A stretch of DNA of 64,000 nt from Tubiluchus corallicola (GCA_030141605.1 JAQGDQ010000279.1:124001-188000), one strand, 5' to 3'. Counted from the first letter of the stretch, positions 12,812-27,308 are shown. The notes: generated from the letters alone by a model not told the origin. Translations and numbers: made by a program.

Positions 12812-13356
12812 TTAAGTTCCTAAGTCCACAAAAAAGTGAATAAGTGAACGAGTTCATCTCATCATTTGACAAGCTGAGATCAATTCTCAGTGGCTGGGCG
12901 TACTTAATGTAGGTGGTTTTGTGGCAGAACATGGTTTTCTTTTCCATATAAGTCCTTCAAACAGGTAAGAGTACGTTAACTAATATAACTTTGTATGAAA
13001 AGTGTTTTGGGTCGTACTTTAAAATTACCCTTTCTTCCAAATTGTAAAAGGCAAACTAAATAGTTTAAAAATAGCTAGAAAGAAAAAATCCAGGCATGAA
13101 ATGAAACCATGTATTCATTTTGATTAAAATCAGGGTTGTCTGGGTGACCTTGAAAACTAACTTCTACAGTATCGTTTGGTTTCCTTGTTTCAATTAATGC
13201 AGTAAGACACTAACATCGCATTTTTTCGGTTGGGCGCACGGCTACGGCAGCTGCAAGTTAGGAAATACAGAAAATTTTATACTATGAATTCATTGCTTTT
13301 TGGTGTTTATTTTCCCACGTACTTAAATGTTAAGGTACTTACACAACTATACAGGG

Positions 13357-14746
13357 TGTAACATACTGTTTATTTTCCCCCAGAAAGTCTGATGAGAAAT
13401 AATGTAATGATGGTGTTATCAATAATAATAATTAATATGACAACCAAGCTATTGTCATATTATCAACTAAACCTGAAAACAAGTATTAAAAAATGGTTCA
13501 GTTGCCCTTTAAACCCAAGATTTAGGAATTTAAGTTCTGCGGGTTGGTTTGTAGCATTCAATTTTGTGCGCGATATGAAGCCGTCTGATCAACTTGTGAA
13601 TGCGGAGAGAGGTGACCCAGAAAACTCGTCACGATACAGGTGTACAAGGTAGAAAACAGTTGAGCTTTGGTATTGGACCTGAAAACATTACATAGGTCAG
13701 ACTTTTCGTAATTGCAGTTTTGCTGAACTTTCGAACGAAAATGTTTGTCCATTTTACTACTTTTGATTGCTGCCGTCATGTTGATGGGTGAGGAAGTTGC
13801 TACAGTTAATGGACTCCCAAGTACCAGATGTTATGGTGATAGTACTGGTGGCTGGAGGACTACCGGTTGAGCGATAGACGAGAAGGATACGACAGTTCTC
13901 TTGTTTATTTGAGGCCAGCAAGAGGTGTCTAGAGCTTCAGACTATTTCACGGGATCCCGATCTGTAAGTTGATTTATTCTTTGCCTTACTATGCAGCGTG
14001 TCCTGAGTACAGATGGACTAATGGTTTTCACAATTGAAAAATGTTCAATATGAACGTGATCCTACACGAGTTGAAGTCACGCCAGACATTGAAATTGTGT
14101 ATGAAGTTTAGCAACGAAATGTTTCATGGATGCTGCTAATTTACATGTTACGTCACAACCCTGAATGCTGCTTTCAATGCATTAACTTGCTAGCATTTCC
14201 CCAGGGGTGGCCGGTAGTTAAGTTAAGCCCTTAGACGAACGTTTGCTACGGTTAGTTTAGCTTATATCCAATGGAAATATTACCAAGACATTATAATATG
14301 TTAGTTATGAACACTGTTTATTTTTGGTGATATTACTTAGTTTTGCTTTCAATTTTGCCCAATAACGTGTTTCTGATATTTTTGCCAATGTTTTGTTTTG
14401 ATGTATTGTGCTTTAATGACATATTTGGTCGGTTTGATTTTCGTGCCTAATATTTTGTCATTAAAAGTGATAACAGTATACTATAATTATTATTGTTGCG
14501 TCATTGTCCTGTTGTATTTAATTCGATTAACCGATAAGTGCTAATACAGAATCCCACAAGAACCAACACCCTCTTGAAGTGGTAGCGCCCCCCGTAGACT
14601 ACCCTTGCTGCGAAGCCACTATCTGGAGTTTGTGGGCAGATCCCTCTTTAAAGTAAAATTTTATGTAAACTTATTGCTCGGCCAAGGAATCTCCAGTGAC
14701 TACCTTACATCTAGTCAGGCCTGCCCCATCTGCACTAGTCGTAACA
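13357..14746. mobile_element. Solo LTR (~1.39 kb)
   Basis: Starts TGTAAC, ends GTAACA; perfect 5-bp direct repeat CAGGG at 13352-13356 and 14747-14751; no coding capacity. Confidence 0.65.
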
Positions 14747-16088
14747 CAGGGCTTGCCAAAAGTAACTAGGCTGTGGTACAAATTCGTTAAAGAAACCCGT
14801 CGGACCGCCATATAGTGAAAAAGGAACTTTTACAAATTATGTAACAAAGTAACGTATGTAATGTTGAGGTTTTTATGCAATATCATTAAAATTACAATTT
14901 TTATAAAAACTGAACAGTAGAAAAGACAGCACACTGAAAAGCTCGAATTTTGCGATTTGCAAAAACTGCAAATTCCTACTTCTCGCGGGTCTTGAAGTGT
15001 TGGTGAACTACACATACCTGGGCACCTGGTGCCCTGGTTCTCTCTCTCCTTTGCCCCGTGTACTACGTTTCGCTTTTCAAAGCACACGTATTATGTCCTT
15101 CAAATGTATACAAAACAAACTCCATTGCTCTATGTCACTTGTATACTTTATTCATTTCAAACTGAAATTTTAATTAAATTCATTTATTTGACTGTGAAAT
15201 GACTATTTCATGACTCTTAAGAGGCATTGACATAGTTCTGCTTGTGGATTTTTGGAAAACGAAGACCTTTATGATAACCTCGAAAGGCGGAGGTTGCATC
15301 CAACTTCTTGCAGCCCTCTAAAGATTTTTTATTTTTATTACAAATTTTGTCTGTTTTCAATATCTTATTGCCAGCTTGGTGCCCCCTGAGCCTTGGTGCC
15401 CTAAGAACGTGCTTAGTCTGCTTATGTGTTAATACAGCCCTGGTTTTCGCTAATGATTTACGACAGTATTCGCGATTTTGATGTGCGTTATACTTATAGT
15501 TTATTCTTGTCATCCTACATGTACTGAGTCTAAAATTGGTCAACTAAACCACATATAAACATCGTACCTTCAGAAGCTGATATTTTGAGGGAAATGTATG
15601 CATGTTTTTTCATGTTCTTCCTGCTGATCTTTTACTTTAAGGTAAAGCAGTGGACATTACTACCGCATCAGTGAACATGAAAAGTTTAGTTTGTCCAATG
15701 TTTGCAAAACACGCAATCTTGACGCGGGTAAACATGGCAGACGGAGCGAAGCTGATTCCAGTACAAAAGCAAAACAGCGTCTTGTACATGTGAACTGGCT
15801 GGGTGATTTCGTTAAAACGGGAACACGTTGGATAACAGCTCGCTATGTGGTCTTTATTAATTAATAAATCTTATTTGCAGCAAAGGGGAAGAAAATAGTA
15901 GTTTGCGTGCGTGTGCGTGTCCTGCTTTGCTTTGCGTTTCAGATTTTGCTTTCCTCGTCCACATGTGGCTACCAATTTAAAAGTTGGCGAGGTGACATGA
16001 CGACGACGGTAACGAAGTGGCAAACTAAAGACAGTTTGTTAACTACACACGGTTTCATTTTTAATGACATGAATAGTAAGAATGACTA

Positions 16089-16382
16089 AAAAAAATCCCG
16101 CAATTACAAACAGGGAGAAAGAAAGAAAGAGTACAACGTTTCAAACTACCGCTGCAGTTCTTTTTACGTGAACATAAAAAAGAACAAAGAAATGCTTCTT
16201 GTGTATTAGTAATATAAACAAAACTCGCAAAAAATTTAGTTCAGTAGTTCTAGTAACTGCCCGTGATTTTTTCCTCTTTTTTGTCCCTTTCTTTCGTTGA
16301 CCTGAAGAAGAGCTCTGGCGGCACTTCAAAACTTTGTGCTCTTTCTTTCCTTTTCTCTGTTTTTTAATTGTAGGATTTTTTA
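16089..16382. mobile_element. Foldback/MITE with ~75-bp imperfect inverted arms
   Basis: AAAAAATCCCGCAATTACAAACAGGGAGAAAGAAAGAAAGAGTAC matches the reverse complement of the right end. Confidence 0.6.
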
Positions 16383-17699
16383 TTCGCAGATTTGCTGAAA
16401 TGCAAAACCAAAACTAAATCTGAGCGACAAGTTTTGATCATACTTTGTACGCTAAGGCTTGTTCTGTAAGGAAAACTTGCTGATGTAAATCTAAAATAAT
16501 AATAGACCCATAACTTTTTATTATTTTAGTAAAGCACTTTGTATCTCTGCATGTGTAAAAAACTAAAGATACTGTCATGTTGCAACTATAAAGCGTAATT
16601 TTGCGATATGCTCATAAGCCAGAAAAGCCAACTTGTGGAATCTGATTAGACTTAAAATGTGGTTTTTGCTTAAAACTACCTATGTCGCTCTCAGTTTAAT
16701 GGGCTTCAAACCCAGACGTAAGCAAATTACAACATGGCAGCCGGAGTGCCAAAATGCCATCGTGAAAATGCAGCTGCTTGTTTTACGCGTTTCAAGGCTT
16801 AATTGGACTCTTCGCACTGCACCCGCAATCAACTTGAGACAATCTCAATAACACATTGAAATGATATCAAAATTTATTAATTAGTTATTTTACTAAATTA
16901 ATCACTTTATTATTTTTAGTTAAGTTAGATTTATTAGCTAAATAAAAATAAAAATAAAAATACATACAGTGTTTTCATACATCAGTTTTACAATACAAAC
17001 AATAATATTGGTCATTGTTAATCAAAACAAAAGTTTTGCACCCTGCAATCACAATCGATACAATAAACTTGCTGGATATACAGATTACCGTTATCATCAA
17101 AAGTGAGGGACTGTATTAACCTACATATGGATATGTTGCTATCTGTTTATTGCCATGTTTATATGTAGTTTGCACTGTGTGTGTTTATTGTCAATATATT
17201 TCGTTGTTCAAATTGTAATTCTTTCATAATCTATTGTTCATGTAATTGTTCGAAATCACTAATAAAATATAAAATATGAAAATGCGGATAATATATAATT
17301 ACGTTTCATTATTGTGTGATAGATATTATGTGTAATTTTTACTGGGAAGGTAGATATTGTATTTATCCAATTACGACCCAAATACGTATCAAAATAATTT
17401 TAAAAAATGTTAAATATAAAACGAACTGTTGAACTGTTGAGTTAAGTTTACATTTTTAAGCGTCTGGCCAGCTATACATATAGTATAGAGAAGCCAACGC
17501 AATAACTCTGCACTAGTAGGCGCACCGTAAAAAACAACAACAGTAACTGTTGTTCGAACTGAGAAGAAACCTTACAATATCTGATCACAATCATCAACCT
17601 CTTATATTTGCGAACATGTGTCCTGTGAGATGCAACAATAGATAAATTCCATACGCATCTAATAACGTGTCAAACGTTTGTAATGTAGCGTGGTAATTA

Positions 17700-17890
17700 A
17701 CCAGGACAGACGCAGCAGGAGGTGGGGTAGCATATGGCTTCTTGATGCACAGCATTAAAGACGGTGCGTCTGCCTAATTCGGAATTGCTCTATTAGTGCG
17801 AGCAGGAGGAAATCTGTTGGGTTTATTCGCAGACCAAAGATGCGTTTTTGGGACAGTGACCTGGAAGGAATTGTGGTGGCTGCGATGAAA
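17700..17890 (+). pseudogene. Possible decayed LINE endonuclease (APE) fragment
   Basis: Broken frames give RTDAAGGGVAY, EEICWV and IVVAAM, resembling APE motifs RxDxxxGGGV, ExxW and IVxAVY. Confidence 0.3.
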
Positions 17891-18250
17891 ATGCTCATGG
17901 GATAGTGGCTAAAAGTGAAAAGACACTAACATAATGGGCTCATATATATATATTGTCTATTGTCCCAATGCCTAGTTTTAAAGTTCAGCTTGCTGGCAGA
18001 GCTTACTCAACGTTGATGTTTGAGGACCAGAGCCTGGCTAGGACCGTATTAAGACCTCAGGAGCCCCTAAACATTGAAAAGATTTTGTACCCTCACGTAT
18101 GTGCATTTCAGAATAAAAACAATATTAAACTGTAAAATAAAATTTTAACTTTCAAAATGAAAAAAATAAAAAATACAGTAAGATTTGTTTACATTAAATA
18201 CTGACGCATCTGATTTACACTGATAAAAAAGTAATATTAGAATAAAAATA

Positions 18251-20382
18251 CAGAGACTACTCTGAATCTTATAAAGATATTCAGCATTATCTACATGTGA
18301 ATCAGATGTCAATAAATTTAGAGCAGCTTATTACAAAAGATCAACATATTATACGGTGCACAAAACTTATCCTAGCAAAGACAGTGCAAACACTTCTATT
18401 TCTTATGAAAATTGATATCAGTAAAGACTGATATCAAACACTGTACAAAAATTTACTCAATAGTTTTTTACCGGTTATTGTTGGGTAATTATACGATTTG
18501 AAAAAACTGTGCATCTACTAGAAAAAATTAACACACGTAACAAATAATTAATAAATTTGGTACTGTACTTCAACCACACACCAGAAAGTGCTACTGGTTA
18601 ACACTAAGAACCAATGCAAATATCGAAACTAATAATTGCCGTCATATTGTTCATCCAAATTTTGAAGATCTTTATTAGCATTGTTTCATTGTTTGCATTG
18701 TCTCTGTATTTGCATTGTTTTGGTGGTAACAAGTCAAGTGCTGTTTTTTGTGTGTGGTTGAAGCATAGTACCAACTTTACAAATTATTTGCTAAGTGTGT
18801 TAATTTTTTCAAGTAGATTGAAATTTATTTTTGTAGCAACTTGTGCCTGATGGTGGCTTGGACAGAGCCGAAACGTACCCGAGGAGTGGTGTTCTGTGAC
18901 AATAGAATGCTACTTTTTAGCACATCATTTGTGATAATTTTTTTAGCATTGGGATTCCTTTTTTCAAAGATTGTTAGTTTTACCTATTTGTGTGACGCTG
19001 TATTCTTGTTTTTAAATTCAAGCTGTGATAAACTTAGTCACCTGGTTGGCTATAGGTGTGTAAAAAACAGAAACCTTGAAGGCGGCCAAAATTAAGCTCC
19101 CTTCGTTCTAGAGCAAGTTTAAGGCCACCACTGGAAAATCAATGGAAAGTAATTGAAATCAATGAGTTAAGGATTGCATGTCAGCACAGAATGTTCAGAA
19201 AACCTGGGTCTTACGATTTAGCTATTCTCACTTCTCTTGCGAATGGCATTCTTTTATTCCTGTGGAATAAGCCTTCCATTTTGAGCACAAGTGGCGCTAC
19301 TGGCTTTGCTTGCCTGCAGGTGATTGGTTATTCTGTTGTACAGGCGGCAATCATCGCTAACCATTGTTACAGTTAACAAAAGGCGTAATTACTTGTACAC
19401 ACCTAGTTAAACTGAGACAAACTGAGGCGAAGCTTCATCTCCGATTTGTAGCAAAACAAACAGAAGCCATTCAGCACAATGGAAGCTGTTAATGCGCGTT
19501 GGAAAATTAAACATCCTGCCCAAGCTGCACGATGTTTGACACTATTAACTAATCTTTAATGAAACTCACCTAGATAATTAGCTCTGCTTTTGTTGTTGAA
19601 AGCCTACGCTGATTTCATCAGTGAGGACTGGATTGTTTGTAAAATGTGCATTATAGAATCAGTGGAGCTCTTAATGGGGCTTATTATAATAAATTTGTAC
19701 TTGGGCAAAAAAGTTTCTACCTATTTCTAAATTTACGTGATTGTTGTTACCATCGCTGGTGTTTTAAACAGAATTGCAGAAATGTGAACTTTCACCAATG
19801 ATACGCAGAAATGCGTTTTAAATCTTCTGCATACGATATCTCGCGTTGCTAACGTTTTTAGAATAATTTATACTGTTTGTTTATTCGCTACCCTAAATAT
19901 CCGACAAAATACTCATGCATAGCTAAAAATTTCAAGCAGCTTACTAACTTCCACAAAACACCTCATTATTTGGTACGTCAAAAGCTTCTGACACAATTAG
20001 ACAAAACATTTTACTCAAAATTTTAGAAGATAAACTGCACGTTTAACACTGACATGTCTGCAATTTTACTATCCAAGTCTCTGACATGAAGGAAAGATGA
20101 GCACAGTGTTTTCTTCTACTATCAGAGTCCCACGGGGTGGTTGTTCAAGTTCTGTTCTTTCCATGTTTCATCCTGCCATAGGTGATGACCACATACAATG
20201 TGAAGAAGTGAAGGATCATACCTAATCAAGTCTTCTCCGGTAACCTTCAAACTAGACATACTATTGAATATGTAAAGTATGCATCAACTAGAAGACGTTT
20301 ATCTTTAGTGTAGATGCACTACGCGGATGACATTCCCACATTAGAATTAAATGAGAAGATATAATTGCAGAATTGTAGTAGT

Positions 20383-20413
<31 letters not shown>

Positions 20414-20575
20414 CCAAACCACTGACGGACCCGTCGGACAGGCTACTACAAGAAACTAGATGGGCAAACAAAAATCAACCTTCAATGTGTGAATTTTTAA
20501 TTGGTAATCTACATTACTGCTTTATGATGATTGAGTCCAGCACAGTTTCATCAAACCAGGTAAAGGCTTAATCGC
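18251..20575 (+). pseudogene. Decayed paralog of the DEG/ENaC gene (discontinuous remnants)
   Basis: 20380-20570 aligns with 26040-26230, including the CATCAAACCAG|GTAAA donor; 18251-18285 resembles the leader at 25006-25042. Confidence 0.7.
18515..18818. mobile_element. Foldback/MITE with ~120-bp inverted arms
   Basis: TCTACTAGAAAAAATTAACACAC...GGTACTGTACTTCAACCACACA is the near reverse complement of TGTGTGGTTGAAGCATAGTACC...GTGTGTTAATTTTTTCAAGTAGA. Confidence 0.7.
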
Positions 20576-21848
20576 ATCCACGTTGTCATTTATGCTATAT
20601 TGTAACACAAAGTTATCTCCATTCTGTAAATGATAACACCTGATTACTAGACTCACCTGTTTGCCTTAGGCTAGTTGTGTGCTAGTTTGCTAGCTGCTTA
20701 AGTTGGGGATGCATTTTTGTTCACATAATACTAATTTTCTTTGGATTTGAGCCAATAACCTATTACGATATAGGGTACGTATGTTTATGTTTAGCTGTTG
20801 AATCAGATAACTTGTCAGGTGTTGACGGCCAGCCTTTTAAGCTGTCGACTCCACCTACATTAAATGCTGAACCCAGCGATCTATGCATTATTTGCCTGAT
20901 TGTATTCAAAATGTAAAACATGACGAGAAGTTGCAGGGTATACTGGGGCAACGTCGGCCATCCACTAATGTCGGCAAGCTTGTTGCTATCCACTCTAAAC
21001 ATGTCACGTGAGCTAGTTTGGCTTTTTATAGCACGCTGAGCCAGTCAGCAGAGCCAGCATTGATCAGCTAGACGTGTTTCCCTTGTTCTAGTTGTCTATC
21101 ACCTGTACCAGCAACAAACTTCGAGAAGACTTAGATGATTAACTACAATGTTTCATAGCTGCTTAGTGTTTACAATATTTTAGCAACTACTGTAACGAAC
21201 AATCATTTACACTGAGGATTGTTCACTTGCAGTAGATCCTCGAGATGTAAGTTTTACAGACTTTATCAAAAAGGTGGAAAATCTACACAAGCGATGTGCT
21301 AATGTTGGCAGAAGACCCGAAAACAGTCCTTCACAATATCTAACGAGTTCACCCCATGAAATCCATCTCCACCTCAGTCTTTTGCTTTCATTGTGACTTT
21401 GCTCTACCAAAAAATGGTTATTTAAACGTGCTTAAACCTGTGCACATCTGCTGACCTGACACGAAGAGACTCTCTGTTGTGATACCAAACCAGTTGTGGA
21501 TGGAGCGTTGATAATGCTGGTGATATATTGGAACTGTGTCTATGGTGTGTCTAATCCTAAGCCAAGCAAACGGGGAGCTGACTAGCCACAAATGTGAGCT
21601 GGTAAGAGCTGTGAACTATGTCCAGTCTACTCTTCCATTTCCTTATCCTTATCCATTTCCAAAGCTGATATTTTGGTTTTTACTTTGTTATTATTGTTAT
21701 CGCTTTACCATTTAAACCTACAGTTTATTATGATGTAACTTTTGATCGTGTAAAAGAGATAAAAAGACAATAAAAATAGTAAACGTAATCATAATCTTTT
21801 CTTCCATTTTATACTGACTTTTGCCGTTGAAATGCATAAAATCAATAC

Positions 21849-23140
21849 TTGTTTCAGGGGATATTAATGCCTATTCCAAAACCTAAAAAGAAGAAAAGAC
21901 CAGTAGAAAATTTAAGACCAATTATACTGCTGAGTTTGTTAAGGAAAATCTTGGCTATATGTATGATCAGACGCATACATGACAGATTAAATGGCAACAT
22001 TCCTCCAAGCCAAGCTGCATATAGAGAGGGACGAAGTACTTCTGAACTAGTAATGTCAGCAAACATACTAGCAGAAAAAGCAGTCACAACCAGTTTTTAG
22101 CAAATCACGATCTTGTTACTTGATATGAGCAAGGCTTTGATACTGTAGAGAGAAGAATTCTGTTTGATGACCTACAACCTACTACAACCAGATCAAATGA
22201 ACATAATTACAATTCTACTGAAAAATGTTAAACTTACTGTAAAAATTGGGAACACGTTAGGACTTTTAGCACGAATATTGGGGTCCTCCAGGGTAATTGT
22301 TTTAGTCCAGTACTTTCCACGCTCTACCTAGCATCCTACCTATTTAGGATCCAAATTCCTCCAAATGATGATTATGATTACGATACCACTGTCTGTGATA
22401 ACCTTCCTCAACATATTCTGGATCACTCCCATGGAATCCTATGAACCATTTCTTATTGACAAACAATGTGCAGACGATATTGGGTGGATTAGTGCATCAA
22501 ATTTTCAATTAACACAATAAAAAAAGACTTTCCAAAAAAACTAGAGAAAAGAAATCTTCAAGTAAACCAATCAAAAACAGAAGAATATATTATTGCAAGA
22601 GATGGTAATCAGTCTTGGAAAAATGCAAGTGCAAGTGCATGGGCACTTTTGTAAGCATCGAAGATGATATCAAAAGCAGAAAGCAATAAGCAATGCATGC
22701 TTTTCTTCAGCACAAGAATGTATTAGCTAGCAAGAAACTAAGTCTTAACGAAAGGCTACGATTGTTTAATGCTTACGTTACTAGCATATTTATGTACAAC
22801 AGCGAAACTTGGGGTTTAACGAGTACTCAAGTAAAGCAGATTGACACATTTCATAGAAGTCCTCTTAGGAAAGTTTTAAAGATGAGATGGCCAATGAAGA
22901 TTTATACGCAAAAGAAATTTATTCGAGTTAAAAGTCAAGATCTGAAGATTAAGATGGCTAGGACATTTTCTAAGATTACCAAATGAAGCAGCAGTACGAG
23001 TCGTCTTAAAGGAAGCCTTAAAACCTTGCAAAAAACCACCTGGCAAACGTAAAACTACTTGGATAGCTAAGATAAATAAAGATGTTCAACAACTTCAACC
23101 AAATCTATCTTTAGGAGCAGAAGAAGTGGGTGGAATACTC
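21849..23140 (+). mobile_element. Degenerate 5'-truncated non-LTR retrotransposon, RT domain (RTE-like)
   Basis: NLRPIILLS, SQAAYREGRST, LLDMSKA, GVLQG..SP, CADD (for YADD), RLFNAYV.SIFMYNSETW; several stops and frameshifts. Confidence 0.9.
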
Positions 23141-24093
23141 TGATAAATGTTGATAGCTCAATGCCTACAATAGGTGGAATCAGATTTTGAAGAATGAACA
23201 GCCATAATGCCTAGGCAGACACCCGTAAAATATAACGTGAAGCCCTAGACCCGCTGGTTTTTCAGGTAAACCCTTGGGACAGTGCAACTTCTTTCAAAAA
23301 AGCAGATTAATTATTTAAGTGTGGTTGATTTTACTAGTTTATATACCTTGTTACCTTCTGGAAACTTGCAGGACAACAACTGCCCACGTATGTTGCATAA
23401 TCTTTTTATTGTGAATAAAAGATGACGCAACAAGTTAGTCTGATTTGCGGATGAGTTGGGAGGTAAAGAGTTGCACCCTCACCATAAAAATCTACTCACT
23501 CCCAATAGTCAATAAAGCTTAAAGATGAATTTGGTCTGTATTTTTTGATGTGCGAATTTTGTGGAAAAAGTCCGAAGATGACAATTTTGATGCTAAAATT
23601 TTGTTTACATCTTGAAATTTATTACGAAAATACGAAATTTGTCACGACTTGGTGAAGATAAAGAATGTCAGCATATGAGAAGCAACAATATTTTGACTTG
23701 AATAATTTCGCGATAAGTTAATGAATAGTGCTTAGTATAAGAGTCGCCCTGCAGACTGCTGTGTGACAGGATGAACGACCTTTCTGTAATGGGATTTTAC
23801 CAATAATAAGACGTGAAAAATATTCATCAAGTGTTTAGAATATATAGAAAAGCACTGCTGTCAGCTTGGCCGATATTTCCTTCAACTGGCCAACATTGCT
23901 CTGATTTAGACTGCACATAGTGCATAAGTAACATGGTCGCGATCACACTGAATTGAGCAACGCAACACATTTCTTTGCATTCCTATAAAGCAGACAGATC
24001 CGTCAATGTGTCTACTAAGCCTGTACTTAAAACACTAGTAAAAATACAAGCTAAATCATTGAAGAAGTCTATAAATTCGGAAGTGTATATTAC

Positions 24094-24621
24094 CAATGGC
24101 GACTCCGCGTGTAGGTAATGTGGAACTGCAGCACCCATTATTTTCACTCAATATTACCGATAATATTCAATATAATAAGTCGTATTTCTTTATTTCTTTA
24201 TACTTGTACTGAACCAGAGCATGTGAGGCTAGTACTGTTTGCTTCACAGCCAATCATAGTAGTGTGTTTGGCTGTGGTGCGCATCGCCATGTCTGGGGTA
24301 ACTCGTTGTTCGCTGCACTGTTAGCGTCTGCTGCTAGGTAAAGAAAGTACTGTCGCTCACCCAGTTTGTTGTCAGTTGCCACGTGCTTAAAAACCGTGTA
24401 CTGGTATATTCTTGAACTGCGGCAATTTACGCTATTCGTAAGTAAAAAAAATTTGTTTAGGATTCTATCAAGTTTATGTACAAATTTTCGTATGTTTGTT
24501 TAAAATTAGAATTACAAAAATTAAAACTATATGTGTTTGTTTCGTTTTACACACTATTAAAACAATGGCTAAAAATGTTCTGAAACAGCACCCAACTAAT
24601 TTTAACTACGAGCCGCCACTG
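24094..24621 (+). mobile_element. hAT-type MITE with perfect 8-bp TSD
   Basis: TATATTAC at 24086-24093 and 24622-24629; TIR CA(A/G)TGGCG(A/G)CTC; homologous to 56703-57174. Confidence 0.88.
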
Positions 24622-25077
24622 TATATTACATTAAAATCTACTGTTTTATAGGCTTGTTTATATCTAATGTCGCCTAATGGCCTGGGAGAATAAATTTTTC
24701 ATCATGACAATACGGCCTTAATGTGAAATTTATAGAATGAGGGTAATTGTGCACAAACTATAAAAGAATCAGATGTTGCGTTTCATTTGATGTTGCTGTT
24801 TGTCATTTTATAGTTTTGCCATGTCCGCAGAACAGTAGTGATGCTTATGTCACGACAAAACTGTTAACAGCCAAATTTTCACAAGAAATAATTCGGTTTC
24901 ACTTAAAACTTAAACTTTTAGATTTTTCTTTGAAAAAATTATGCAAACGTTTTGTTTTTGTTTTATATGAGTGAGTTTGTCTTATAATGTGCAGCAAATC
25001 ACAGGCAGAAAACTACTCTGAGATCTTATGAAGATGTTCTGCTAGTGGAATAGAAGTCGATACACAAGCATACAAAC

Positions 25078-26222
25078 ATGGATGAGAATCACGAAAGAGC
25101 TGAAAATAAACCCGAAGAAGAACACTCTATTAAGGCGCTGGCAGGTACACTAGCAGACAATACAGCTACTCACGGTATTAGCAACATAAAACGCTCGAAA
25201 AGTTTGGTAAGAAAATGCGTCTGGATTGCTCTCATATGCGCGGCTACCGTAATGTTCTGTGCTCAGAGTGGAATACAGTTAAAAAAGTACATGTCAGGTC
25301 CCATAAAGACAGCTGCCAGGTTTCGACTGAACAGCAAAACCGTCGAAGTTCCGTCGGTGACCATTTGCAACAAGAATTCAATGCGCTTTAGCGAGTACAA
25401 GAAACTGGTGCCGACATTTTATGACAAATTTGATGCTGCTGATGTATGGCGGTTAATCGGCTCTGAGGCAGTCAGCGCAAAATTTGCGGCTAAATTGAAC
25501 CAAACTCAGCAACTAAAAGTTGGCCACCAGCTCGAAGACACGATACTGAAGACTATTTTACCCACCACAAATGAGCTCCCTTATTTTGCGGAATATTTCG
25601 ATACAAGTAACATAGAACTAGACAAGGGTAATTGTTTTACCTTTAACCCATCAAGAAGAACGGAAGACGGGGAATGGATCATCCAGATAAAAGTAAGCCG
25701 CTCGCTCGCAATGGTCGGTGTTACATTTTTATTAAATGCCAGTCTGGAAGAATACATGCCTTTAAATACACCTCAGCCAGGATTCAGTGTCATGATTAGC
25801 CCACCTGGATATAGTTACATTGGCGTCAAGCCATTCTTCGTTCGTGCTGGAACGATGAACACTGCAAAGATACAGCAAACAGACGTGTACAAGGTGCGTG
25901 CAAAGAAACACTGCATGGAAGAAGAGGAAGCGAACAGGAACAGAATTAGAGATGTGTTCAAGGAAATGCACGGCACTAAATACGGGATTGAGACATGTAA
26001 GAAGACTTGCAAACAGAAAAAGTTGATACAGACATGTGGATGCAGCAGCGGCAGCATGCCACTAACTGACATGCTATTACAAGAAATTGGATGGGCAAAC
26101 GAAGATCAACCTCCAGTTTGTGAAATTTTAAATGGAAACCCGCATTATTGTTTTAAGATGATTGACTTGTTTGAAGACGAGGAAGATAAATGTGATTGTC
26201 CAACTCCATGTCATCAAACCAG
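25078..26222 (+). CDS. DEG/ENaC (ASIC/FaNaC-like) channel subunit, exon 1 of 2 (535 aa total)
   Basis: N-terminal THG motif, TM1, PSVTICN, GNCFTFN, Cys-rich thumb ending CDCPTPC; donor AG|GTAAAA, phase 2. Confidence 0.92.
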
Positions 26223-27138
26223 GTAAAAGCTGAATCCACAAAATTTCATTTGAGATCTAGTGCAGAGAAAAAAGTTATTATGTTTTTGGCAACAGTAATA
26301 AGATTTCCGACAAAGGACGATGGCAACCTGATATCTAATTGTACATACCTAATAATCTTTTTGCCTTTCCATTCGAAACATTCTCTCAAAAAATGGAGTT
26401 ACATGTTCACATTTTGAAGTACACGAACATGTCTTTTCTGGGTAAGATTTAAAGTAGCGCATCCATGGCGGGGTATAGTGCCAAATACAATTGCCACTTA
26501 CGCGTGGTTTAATTATTACACGCGCCCTTGTGCAAATTGTGACACTCGTGATTTTCTCCCAATTTGATTGGATAAAAAGATGTGTCTCTTTCTTGCTGAT
26601 GCGCACTTGATTTTCTCGCAATGGATGAAAATGACACATTCAACTCAATTCAATAATTTATTGTTTGATTTGTGCAACTAAAATTCCAACTATCTTACAT
26701 AATAACAACCACGTTGCTGTGTTACTATAATTGTAAATTATGCAAATCAGCCTGGAGGAGAGTACGAGCGTGAGCTTTCGAGACTATTTCACTGACATTA
26801 CATTACTTTTTAGTGAAAGCTTACATGCGTAGGCCTAACTATCTACTTTTGCAAAATTTTAACTTACATAAGAGCTGTAATATATTAGGCTGTATTATAA
26901 ACAAAAACTACGTGAGTAGAGATTATAAATGTAACAGCTAAAGATTCGAAATCCAAACGCAAATGTTGCTTTCAGCATAGCTAGTTTACGAAAAGGGGAA
27001 AAAATCAATTTAGTGTTGCCACCTTGGTACAATTTAGAGTTAGTAAGCTGTTCTGATCATGTAATTTGCTATGCGTTTAATTCCCTGGATTGTAAATAAT
27101 GTTATGCATATGCATTTGTGAAATGAGTAAATTGTAAG

Positions 27139-27139
<1 letters not shown>

Positions 27140-27208
<69 letters not shown>

Positions 27209-27245
27209 GTAGTAGTAGTAGTAGTAGTAGTATTATTATTAGTAT

Positions 27246-27308
<63 letters not shown>

